Source of the DNA: an uncultured delta proteobacterium
GTDB taxonomy: Bacteria; Myxococcota_A; UBA9160; SMWR01
DNA: 64,000 nt
Reading direction: 5' to 3'
NCBI GenBank assembly: GCA_963832165.1
Contig: CAWHTE010000001.1
Location: 1-64,000, forward strand
The notes under the pieces are model-generated. The model searched no databases. It worked only from the letters and a program-made list of their open reading frames with translations, and had not been told where the DNA came from. This document shows positions 55,699 to 64,000 of the stretch, piece after piece (positions within the stretch are counted from its first letter, which is position 1; each line of letters starts with the position of its first letter). A program made the position numbers and the translations under genes.

Positions 55699-57207
55699 TC
55701 AAGCGCGCCGTCGCGCGAGCGCTCCGACGAGCAACGCGCCCGCGCAGAGCCCTGCGAGGGCGGGCTCGGGCAGACACTGCGGCGCGATCTGCGCGCGCAT
55801 GTCGCCGGACTGGAGCGCGCCGCCCTCGAGGTGGTAGGCGGACCGATAGTAGATGGACAAGAGATTGGCGGTGCACTTGTCCGCGATCTGGTACGGGACG
55901 TTGCCCGCGAACGGATCGTCCGGGTGGGCCGCAGCGAGCACCGGGTCGTACGTGCCCGCGCCGATCGAGTGCGCGTCGGCGGTCTCGTCGAAGGAGCCCG
56001 CGATCAAGCGCGGCGTCGCCGTCGGGTCGTTCTTCAGGTAGCGGTCGAACCACGCGAGCGTGTAGTAGAGCGCCACCCGCTCGCCGTAGCGACTCGACGG
56101 GAAGTTCGCCGGGAACGGCTGGTAGCCCCACTCGTAGTGATCGCTCGCGCGCGACGTGATCGTCATCGTGTCGACGTTCGCGGCTACGAGCTGGGCGAAC
56201 GCGCCCTTGTGCTGATCGGGATCGGGGTTGGCGAGCATCGGCGTCGGGGTCGCCGGGAATGCGTAGTCGGTATAGAAATAGAGCGAGGGCGTGCGGCGCG
56301 GGACGCCCTCGGCGAGCGTGCCGTCGAGATTGTCGTAGGAGACGGCTGCGCCCACGCGCAGGTCTTCCTGCCCGAGCGGCGTCACCGCGATCGCGCCGAG
56401 CGAATGGCCCGCGATACCGACGGGGACGTCGCGATCGATCGCCTCCCAGAACGGATTGAACGTGGGCGTGCCGGCCGCGTTCGCGCCGAGCGCCCACGGA
56501 TAGGGATCCGACGGCGTCGAGAGCACGAAGTCGATCGCCGAGCGCGTGTCGTTGGGCTGGTTTAGAAACGGACAACCCGTCAGCGTGCCATCGGGCGCGT
56601 GTGCGCAGATCTCGCTGTCGCCCTGGCCCATTGGATCGATGATGAGCACGACATAACCCGCCTCGGCCATCTCCTGCGGGAACCACGCGTTCACCTCGTT
56701 GTAGGACTGGAGGCCCGGCGTGAACGTGAGCGCGGGATAGGTGTGGGTCGTGTCGAGCGGAGCGAGCAGCCGCGCGCGCAGCTTCCCACCATCGCGGTTG
56801 ATGAAATAGAACTTGATGTGCCGGCCGCGACCTGCCGCCGCCCACTCCTCGAAGCTGCGGAACGGATCCGTCACTTTCGCCGCCGCGATCAGAGCCGTGG
56901 GTCCATGCAGGCGGAGGATCGGGTCGGCGGCCCATTCGGGCGCGGTCACGGTGGCGAACTCGATCTCCTCGATCGCGGTCTGCTCGAGCTGCTTCGCGAG
57001 GAACGCGGGGCTCAGGTCGGCGTCGCTGAAGCGCTGGTACCCGCACGCGACGTTGGCCAGGTCGCGCGCCACCCACTCCGCGGTGCCCTCGGCCGGGTCG
57101 CCCGCGTACTCGTCGCAGACGAGCTGGGCGCGCACTTCGAGCGGAAGCGCCGTGAGGCCAAGCGCCAGCGCAGCAACAGCCGGCCAGCTCTGCATATTTC
57201 GCGTCAT
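55699..57207 (-). CDS. Secreted alpha/beta hydrolase with a PEP-CTERM-like anchor
   Basis: Signal peptide, AGYVVL..DPMGQGDS, GHSLG, H; ends LPEP + hydrophobic helix + RRRA. Confidence 0.82.
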   Translation of the reverse strand: MTRNMQSWPAVAALALGLTALPLEVRAQLVCDEYAGDPAEGTAEWVARDLANVACGYQRFSDADLSPAFLAKQLEQTAIEEIEFATVTAPEWAADPILRLHGPTALIAAAKVTDPFRSFEEWAAAGRGRHIKFYFINRDGGKLRARLLAPLDTTHTYPALTFTPGLQSYNEVNAWFPQEMAEAGYVVLIIDPMGQGDSEICAHAPDGTLTGCPFLNQPNDTRSAIDFVLSTPSDPYPWALGANAAGTPTFNPFWEAIDRDVPVGIAGHSLGAIAVTPLGQEDLRVGAAVSYDNLDGTLAEGVPRRTPSLYFYTDYAFPATPTPMLANPDPDQHKGAFAQLVAANVDTMTITSRASDHYEWGYQPFPANFPSSRYGERVALYYTLAWFDRYLKNDPTATPRLIAGSFDETADAHSIGAGTYDPVLAAAHPDDPFAGNVPYQIADKCTANLLSIYYRSAYHLEGGALQSGDMRAQIAPQCLPEPALAGLCAGALLVGALARRRA

Positions 57208-57297
57208 GGATCCTCTGTCGGCCCGAGGAGCCACCCTATCAGTCGCTCGGCTCGCGGGTCAAGGAGCGCCGACCGCGAATGCTATTCGTGAGTCGAA

Positions 57298-59037
57298 TCA
57301 TGCCGCGCGCGAACGCGCGTTCGTGCGCAGGAGTCGACCAGGTGTGGTTCCTGTGCAGCGGTTGCCCTCGAACGTGATCTCACCGCCGACGATCGTCCAG
57401 TGGTAGCCCTCGGCCTTCTGCACGCGGCGCCACTCGTTCGCGGGCTGGTCGTGCGCGATCGGCGCGCTCGTCCAGTGCGGCGCGCGCTTGATCGTCCGAG
57501 GGTCGTAGACGATCAGGTCCGCGGCGAGCCCCTCGATCACCGCACCGCGATCGCGCATGCCGGCCGCCTGCGCGGGCAGCCACGCGAGCTTGTGGTGGGC
57601 CTGTTCCGCGGACAGCACTGCCGTCTCGCGCACGAGCCACTCGAGCACGTCGGTGGAGTACGCGCCGCCCGTGGCGAACTTGCCGTGCGCGCCGCCGTCG
57701 GACACACCCGCCATCACGTACGGAGACGAGAGCAGTTCCGCCACGTGCTGCGGATCGTCGCCGCTCGCACTTCGGGTGAGGAAGCTCGCGTTCAGGCCGT
57801 CCTCGAGCGAGAGATCGAATAGACACTCGACGGGATGCTGCGCGCGGTCACGCGCGATGTCGCCAAGCGGGCGCCCGACGAGCGGCGCCAGCGACGCAGC
57901 ACTCGCATAGCTCTCGAACACCCAGTCTTCGACCGGACCGCCGAGCACTGCGACCGGGATTTTCTTCGCGTCGTACTCCGCGACCATCGCGCGGCGTAGC
58001 TCCGGGTCGCGCAGGTTCCTCGTCTTGCGCTCGCGCGAGCCCTGGAGCGCGCGGTTCCAGGTCGGCGCCATGTCGTAGAGGTTCCAGTCTTCGAGTGTCA
58101 CGTGGAACGGCTGGCGTACCGTGACGCCCTGACCGTAGATCGCGAGCCCGCGCCGGTGACAGTCGGCGAGCCAGGCGACCTGGCGCCGGTGGAGGTCCGG
58201 GTAGCCGTTCACCGCCTGCACGACGTTGAAGAGCACCGGCCGGCCCGCCGCCGCGGCGAGGCGCTCGACCACGGCCTGGTTCTCGTGCGTGCGCCGCTCG
58301 CTCGCCTGCGTGATCTCGATGAAGCCCGTGCCGCAGCGCGCGAGCGCGCGGCCGAGCGCGAGCAGATCCGCCTCGGCCATCGTGTCGGTCGCCATCGGTG
58401 TGCCGTCGAAATCGGTCTGCGCGGTGTCGGGACCCATGCGCTGGAGCGACCAGCCGCACGCGCCCGCGCCGACCGCCTCCGCGATCAGGCGGTCGATCTC
58501 CGCGCGCTCGGCGTCGTTCGGCGAGCGGCGCTTGGCCGCCTCGATGCCCATCACCCAGTACAGGATCGCGAGGGTCGGCGCATAGCTCGCGCAGTTCACG
58601 CCCTTCGGAATCCGCTCGAGCGTGTCGAGCCACTCCGGAATCGTCACCCAGTCCCAGAGCAGGCCCTTGCGCATCGCGTCGAGCCCGATCGCCTCGGTGC
58701 GCGACATCGTGCGCATCGCGAGCTCGCGATCTTCGGGCCGCACCGGCGCGAAGCCGAAGCCGCAGTTGCCGAGCACCACCGTGGTGACGCCGTGCCAGCC
58801 CGAGATCGTGCACCACGGATCCCACTGGATCTGCGCGTCGTAGTGCGTGTGCAGGTCGACGTGGCCGGGCGCGACGACGAGGCCGTCGACGTCGATGCTG
58901 CGCCGCGCGCGCGCCGCGTCGACGCGCCCGATCTCGGCGATCCGCGCGCCGCGGATCGCGACGTCGGCCGTGTACCTCGGGATGCCGGTGCCGTCGACGA
59001 CGTGGCCACCGCGCAGCACGAGGTCGAAGTCCGGCAT
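57298..59037 (-). CDS. N-acyl-D-amino-acid deacylase family amidohydrolase
   Basis: VVDGTG, PGHVDLHTHYDAQ, GVTTVVLGNCG, SDGGAH, ADLIVYDP. Confidence 0.9.
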   Translation of the reverse strand: MPDFDLVLRGGHVVDGTGIPRYTADVAIRGARIAEIGRVDAARARRSIDVDGLVVAPGHVDLHTHYDAQIQWDPWCTISGWHGVTTVVLGNCGFGFAPVRPEDRELAMRTMSRTEAIGLDAMRKGLLWDWVTIPEWLDTLERIPKGVNCASYAPTLAILYWVMGIEAAKRRSPNDAERAEIDRLIAEAVGAGACGWSLQRMGPDTAQTDFDGTPMATDTMAEADLLALGRALARCGTGFIEITQASERRTHENQAVVERLAAAAGRPVLFNVVQAVNGYPDLHRRQVAWLADCHRRGLAIYGQGVTVRQPFHVTLEDWNLYDMAPTWNRALQGSRERKTRNLRDPELRRAMVAEYDAKKIPVAVLGGPVEDWVFESYASAASLAPLVGRPLGDIARDRAQHPVECLFDLSLEDGLNASFLTRSASGDDPQHVAELLSSPYVMAGVSDGGAHGKFATGGAYSTDVLEWLVRETAVLSAEQAHHKLAWLPAQAAGMRDRGAVIEGLAADLIVYDPRTIKRAPHWTSAPIAHDQPANEWRRVQKAEGYHWTIVGGEITFEGNRCTGTTPGRLLRTNARSRAA

Positions 59038-59046
59038 GGCGTCCCG

Positions 59047-59841
59047 CTAGATGTCGGCGCGCGGCATCTCGAAGTTGATCCGCACGAGCCCGCCGTTGCA
59101 GCCGTAGATCTCGCCCGTTACGAAGCTCGCCGCAGGCGACGCCAGATAGAGTGCGCACGCGGCGATGTCCTCGACCTCCCCGAGCCGCGCCATCGGCGTC
59201 ATCGCGACCATGCTCCTCTCGATCTTGTCGTTGAGGATCGTGCCGAGCGCGTCGGTGCGGATCGAGCCGACCGCGATCGCGTTCACGCGCACCTTCGGCG
59301 CGAAGTCCTGCGCGAGCTGCTCGGTCAGGAACGAGAGCGCGGCCTTCGCGGTGCCGTAGGCGGCGAAGCCCGCCGAGTGCAGACGCCCCGCCACCGAAGA
59401 GATGTTCACGATCGCTCCCGTGCCCGCGGTCTTCACGATCTCGGGCACGACGAGCCGCGTCATCTCGAACGCGGTGGTCACGTTGAAGCGGAAGCAGGCC
59501 TCGAACTCCTTCTCGCTGGTCGCGAGCGTGGGCTTGGGGGGCCAGCCGCCCGCGTTGTTCACGAGGATGTCGAGACGACCGAACTCTTCGAGCGCCGTCT
59601 CCACGAGCTCGACGCGCTGCGAGGCCTCGAGCACATCACACGGGAACGCGAGCGCGCGGCGTCCGCGCGCGCGCACCTGCTCGGCGGTTTGTTCGATCTG
59701 ATCGACGCTGCGCGCCGACACCACGACGTCTGCGCCCGCGTCCGCGAACGCGAGCGCGCAGGCGGCGCCGATGCCGCGGCCCGAGCCGGTCACGATCGCG
59801 ACTTGTCCGTCGAGGCGGAATCGATCGAGAATGCTGGACAT
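59047..59841 (-). CDS. Short-chain dehydrogenase/reductase (paralog of 53796-54587)
   Basis: TGSGRGIG, NNAGG, YGTAKAAL, APKVRVNAI. Confidence 0.92.
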   Translation of the reverse strand: MSSILDRFRLDGQVAIVTGSGRGIGAACALAFADAGADVVVSARSVDQIEQTAEQVRARGRRALAFPCDVLEASQRVELVETALEEFGRLDILVNNAGGWPPKPTLATSEKEFEACFRFNVTTAFEMTRLVVPEIVKTAGTGAIVNISSVAGRLHSAGFAAYGTAKAALSFLTEQLAQDFAPKVRVNAIAVGSIRTDALGTILNDKIERSMVAMTPMARLGEVEDIAACALYLASPAASFVTGEIYGCNGGLVRINFEMPRADI

Positions 59842-59928
59842 GGGGGGCTCCCTCTGAATCTTCGTTCGTCGTGTACCTTATCGCGGCACGCGCCCACACG
59901 CCGAGCCACGGCTCCGAAGGATTCTGCG

Positions 59929-61642
59929 ATGGCCTACGACCTCGTCATTCGCAACGGCACCCTGATCGACGGCACCGGCGCCGCGCCGCGTCCGGGCGAT
60001 GTAGCGATACAGGACGGCCGCATCGCTGCAGTCGGGCAGGTTTCCGGCAGCGCCGCGCGCTCGCTCGACGCCGCGGGGCTGGCCGTGACGCCGGGCTTCG
60101 TCGACATCCACACCCACTACGACGGCCAGGCCACCTGGGATCCGCAGCTCGCGCCGTCCTGCTATCACGGCGTCACCACGGCCGTGATGGGCAACTGCGG
60201 CGTCGGCTTCGCACCGGTGCGGCCGGATCAGCACGACTTCCTGATCCAGCTCATGGAGGGCGTCGAGGACATTCCGGGCGCCGCACTCCACGAGGGCATC
60301 CAGTGGGAGTGGGAGAGCTTCCCCGAGTATCTCGACGCGCTCGAGCGGCGCCGCTTCAGCATGGACCTCGGCACACAGGTGCCGCACGGCGCCGTGCGCG
60401 CATACGTGATGGGCGAGCGCGGCGCGAACAACGCGCCGGCCACGCCGGACGACATCGCGCAGATGGCCGCGATCGTGAAGCAGGGCGTCGCCGCGGGCGC
60501 GCTCGGCTTCTCCACGTCGCGCACGATCGCGCACCGCGCGATCTCGGGCGAGCCCGTGCCCGGCACGTTCGCGGCCGAGGACGAGCTGTTCGGGCTCGGG
60601 CGCGTGCTCGGCGAGCTCGGGCGCGGCGTGTTCGAGCTCGCGGGCGCGGGCGCAGCGGGCGAGGACGTCATCGCGCCGAAGACCGAGCTCGACTGGATGC
60701 GCCGCCTCTCGGCCGAGACGGGCCGGCCGATCACGTTCGCGATGCTCCAGGTCGACGCCGCGCCGCAGCTCTGGCGCGAGCTGCTCCAGCTCTCCGCGGA
60801 CGCGGTGCGCGACGGCGCGCAGATCTATCCGCAGGTCGCGGGGCGCCCGTTCGGCCTGCTGATCGGACACCAGACCACGGTGCATCCGTTCGCGGCCTGT
60901 CCGAGCTATACCGCGCTGCTCGCGCTGCCGTTCGAGGAGCGCGTGCGCCGCATGCGCACGGCCGAGGTGCGCCGCGCGATCCTCGCCGAGGCTTCGCCCG
61001 AGACGTCGATGCTGCTGCGCGGGCTGCACCGCACGTTCCCGATGGGCGACCCGCCCAACTACGAGCCCGGCTACGAGGATTCGATCGAGGCGATCGCGAA
61101 GCGCACGAATCGCGACGCGACCGAGCTGCTCTACGACCGCATGCTCGAGCGCGATGGTCGCGAGGTCCTGCTCGTGCCCGTGCTCAACTACTCCGAGCTC
61201 ACGGCAGACCCGATCCGCGAGATGATGTACCACCCGCGCGCTTCGCTCGGGCTCGGCGACGGCGGCGCGCACTGCGGCGTGATCTGCGACGCGTCGATCC
61301 AGACCTTCATGCTCACGCACTGGGTGCGCGACCGCAGCCGCGGTGCGCGCATTCCCGTGGAGTTCGCGGTGAAGCGCATGAGCCGCGACACCGCGGAGCT
61401 GTTCGGCCTCTCCGACCGCGGCACGCTCGAGGTGGGCAAGAAGGCCGACGTGAACGTGATCGATCTCGCAGGCCTGCGCCTGCGCGCGCCCGAGATGATC
61501 TTCGACCTGCCCGCGGGCGGGCGCCGCTTCATGCAGCGCGCGCAGGGCTACCGCGCGACGATCGTCTCCGGCGAGATCACGCTCGAGCACGACGAGCTCA
61601 CGGGCGCGCTGCCCGGGCGGCTCGTGCGGGGCGCGTGCATGA
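59929..61642 (+). CDS. N-acyl-D-amino-acid deacylase family amidohydrolase (stop apparently displaced; reads through into the P450)
   Basis: IDGTG, PGFVDIHTHYDGQ, GNCGVGFAP, GDGGAH, PGRLVRG; a TGA sits at 61640-61642 in the +1 frame. Confidence 0.88.
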
Positions 61643-62824
61643 TCTACGACCCGTACTCGCGGCCGTTCCAGGAAGATCCGTATCCGCTCTACAAGCACTT
61701 CCGCGACGAAGAGCCCTGCGCGTACAACCCGAAGATGGACTTCTACGCGCTGTTCCGCTTCGAGGACGTCTGGAATGCGACGCTCGACTGGGAGACGATC
61801 AGCTCGTCGTACGGCCCGTCGCTCGAGAACCGCGGCCAGATTCCCGCCGGCGTCGTTCTCGATCATCGGCATGGACCCGCCCGCGCACACCAAGCTGCGC
61901 AACGTGATCAGCCGCGGCTTCACGCCGCGCCGGATCGCCGCGCTCGAGGCCGAGATCCGCGGCATCGCAAAGCACTACCTCGAGCCGCTCGCGACGCGCG
62001 ATGCGTTCGACTTCGAGCAGGAATTCGCGGTGAAGTTCCCGATGGACGTGATCAGCGCGCTGCTCGGGATCCCCGAGGAGGATCGCGACGCGTATCGCCT
62101 CACGGTCGATCAGGGGCTCAACCGGGATCCCGACGCAGGGCTCGACGAGCAGAAGGCCCAGTCGTTGTTCGGGGGCGACCAGCACCAGTACGCCCTGCGC
62201 CTGATCGAGCAGCGCCGCGCGCAGCCGCGCGAGGATCTGATCACCGTGCTCGCGGAGGCCGAGTTCGAGGACGTCGACGGCGTGCGGCGGCGCCTCACCG
62301 ACCGCGAGTGCATCTCGTTCGTGACGTTGCTCGCGGCCGCGGGCTCCGAGACCACCGCGAAACTGCTCGGCCACGCGATCTACCTGCTCTGGAAGCACCC
62401 CGACCAGCGCCAGTCGCTGTGGGACGATCCGGCGCGGATCCCGAACGCGATCGAGGAGGTGCTGCGCTACGAGGCGCCGTCTCAGTTCCAGGGCCGCGTC
62501 GCGCTGCGCGACTCGACCTGGCACGGCGTGACGATTCCCACCGGCGCACGCATCGCGCTCGTGACGGGCGCCGCGTGCCGCGACGAGCGCGAGTATCCCG
62601 AACCCGACCGCTTCGACGTCACGCGCCGGCACGAGCGCGAGCTCTACTTCGGCCACGGCCACCACGTGTGCATCGGGAAGAGCCTCGCGCGGCTCGAGAC
62701 GCGCATCGCGCTCGAGGAGATCGCCGCGCGCTTCCCGAACTACGAGGTCGACGAATCGGGCATCACGCGCACCTATCAGGCGCACGTGAAGGGGTACGTG
62801 AATCTCCCGATCGCTATCCGCTGA
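61639..62824 (+). CDS. Cytochrome P450 (apparent +1 frameshift near 61847)
   Basis: DPYPLYK.FR N-terminus; MDPPAHTKLR, I-helix AGSETT, EEVLR, heme motif FGHGHHVCIG. Confidence 0.9.
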
Positions 62825-62839
62825 GGGCTTCGTAGCTTC

Positions 62840-62946
62840 GTAGGGCGGGAGGAGCCGAAGGCGGATCCCGCCTTCCGCGTGATCGCCTCATCGATGCGGT
62901 ACCCGAGAGGCGGGATGCGCTCGCTTCGCTCGCTTTCCCGCCCTAC
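62840..62946. repeat. Inverted REP doublet (REPIN-like)
   Basis: GTAGGGCGGGA..TCCCGCC at 62840-62872 and an inverted copy GGCGGGA..TCCCGCCCTAC at 62909-62946, with a 36-nt spacer. Confidence 0.85.
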
Positions 62947-62973
62947 GAGTTCCCTTGAACAGCACGGGAACGG

Positions 62974-63186
62974 TCACCCTCGCGCTGCACGGCGTCGCTC
63001 CATTTCTGCTTCCACGAGTTTGCGCCGTTCGCGCCATTCACGGGCTGCCTTCGGATTCCTGCCCATCCCCTTTCGCATCGAGGCTCCCTCGTAGCTGAGT
63101 GCAAGTTCCAGGTACTCCGCCAACTTCGTGTCAGTGAGTCCGGGAACATCCTCCGCCCATGAGTTCAGCTGCTTCCAGCGCGACAT
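62974..63186 (-). CDS. Small hypothetical helical protein (70 aa)
   Basis: ATG 9 nt after the upstream stop; protein-like composition; visibly less GC-rich than its neighbours. Confidence 0.5.
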   Translation of the reverse strand: MSRWKQLNSWAEDVPGLTDTKLAEYLELALSYEGASMRKGMGRNPKAAREWRERRKLVEAEMERRRAARG

Positions 63187-63195
63187 CTCGACCGC

Positions 63196-64000
63196 CTACG
63201 CGTGTCTGCGACCAGCAGCTCGTCGCGCGCCGCGGCGCAGCTCCTCACGCATCGCGAGTCCGTACAACGCCGGGTTGAACGCGCGGCGGCGCAGGATCGG
63301 CTGCGAGCGGCGGTCGATCTCGATCTGTGACGGCAGCGCATAGCGCCCCGAGAGCAGCGCGGCCGCGAGCTGCGCGTGCAGCTCGGCGATCGGCCAGAAC
63401 GCGCCGGTCGGCCGGGAGACACCCACGATGAACAGATCGCGGCGTCGAGGATGCATCGCGCCCAGGAACAACGTGAGATCGTCGCCGCGCGTGTCGACGA
63501 GATCCTCCGGCAGGTAGGGATACCGCAGGTGGTAGCCGGTCGCGCAGAGCACGACGTCGACGCGCTCGCGCGTGCCGTCGCTCCACACCACCTCCTTGCC
63601 CTCGAAGCGCAGGGTCGCGGGCCGCGCCACGACCGCGCCGCGCTCGAGCGAGTCGAGCAGCGGATCGCAGATCGTCGCGCGCTTGTCCTGCGGAATCGCG
63701 GGCGGCGGCGGCAGGCCGAGCTGCTGGAGCCGCTCCATGCGCGCGCCGAGCATCTGCCGGAGCCTGGCCGCCGCGATGCGCGCGAACAGTCCCTCGCGCA
63801 GGCGCCGCGGCAGCGCGCGCAGCGGTCCCGGCACCGGATCGCCCGGGTGCATCATCGGCACCGACGCCGCGGCGGGCTTCCCGTCGATGCGCTCGGGCAT
63901 CATCCACGTTCCGCTGCGCGCGGACAGGAACACCGCCTCGGCGCCCGCGTCGCCGATCTCGCACGCGAGCTCGCAGCCCGTGTTGCCGACTCCGATCACC
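63196..64000 (-). CDS. Flavin-containing monooxygenase (FMO-like), 5' part outside the window
   Basis: VIGVGNTGCELACE NADPH motif, S.RSG.W..P, D.V..ATGY. Confidence 0.85.
   Translation of the reverse strand, partial: VIGVGNTGCELACEIGDAGAEAVFLSARSGTWMMPERIDGKPAAASVPMMHPGDPVPGPLRALPRRLREGLFARIAAARLRQMLGARMERLQQLGLPPPPAIPQDKRATICDPLLDSLERGAVVARPATLRFEGKEVVWSDGTRERVDVVLCATGYHLRYPYLPEDLVDTRGDDLTLFLGAMHPRRRDLFIVGVSRPTGAFWPIAELHAQLAAALLSGRYALPSQIEIDRRSQPILRRRAFNPALYGLAMREELRRGARRAAGRRHA

Noticed and set aside
58102..62835. 1577-aa ORF suggesting an amidohydrolase-P450 fusion
   Set aside because: The N-terminal third is antisense shadow, the junction has an ATGA coupling signature one base out of frame, and the P450 core is in another frame.

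Overview
GC-rich (roughly 70% by eye) chromosomal window from a Gram-negative bacterium. Four PEP-CTERM-type sorting signals and a large lipid/steroid catabolic repertoire suggest an uncultured deltaproteobacterial/Myxococcota-like lineage (inference only). It holds three tRNA-Ser genes, a HAD/PlsC-gpsA glycerolipid pair, a ChsH/Ltp2/DUF35-like steroid side-chain module next to a tandem-MarR regulator, exported MsrA/MsrB, alkB, many oxidoreductases and hydrolases, and a family of GTAG-type REP elements. The standout is 26.2-40.4 kb. Four secreted alpha/beta-hydrolase proteins each carry a closely similar TSP3-like plus dockerin-like module, with NGQDA in all eight Ca-binding loops. They surround two paralogous ~150-aa beta-rich PEP-CTERM-anchored proteins that could act as cohesin-like anchors. 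This is a candidate cellulosome-like surface esterase/redox complex next to alkB. Also notable: a decayed 5' half of tRNA-Ser(TGA) bracketing a PEP-CTERM beta-propeller gene, a four-box 11-bp-phased operator beside the tandem MarR, a REP read in frame inside a CDS, and six apparent +1 frameshifts that look like assembly errors. All family calls come from motif recognition by eye; no database searches were run.
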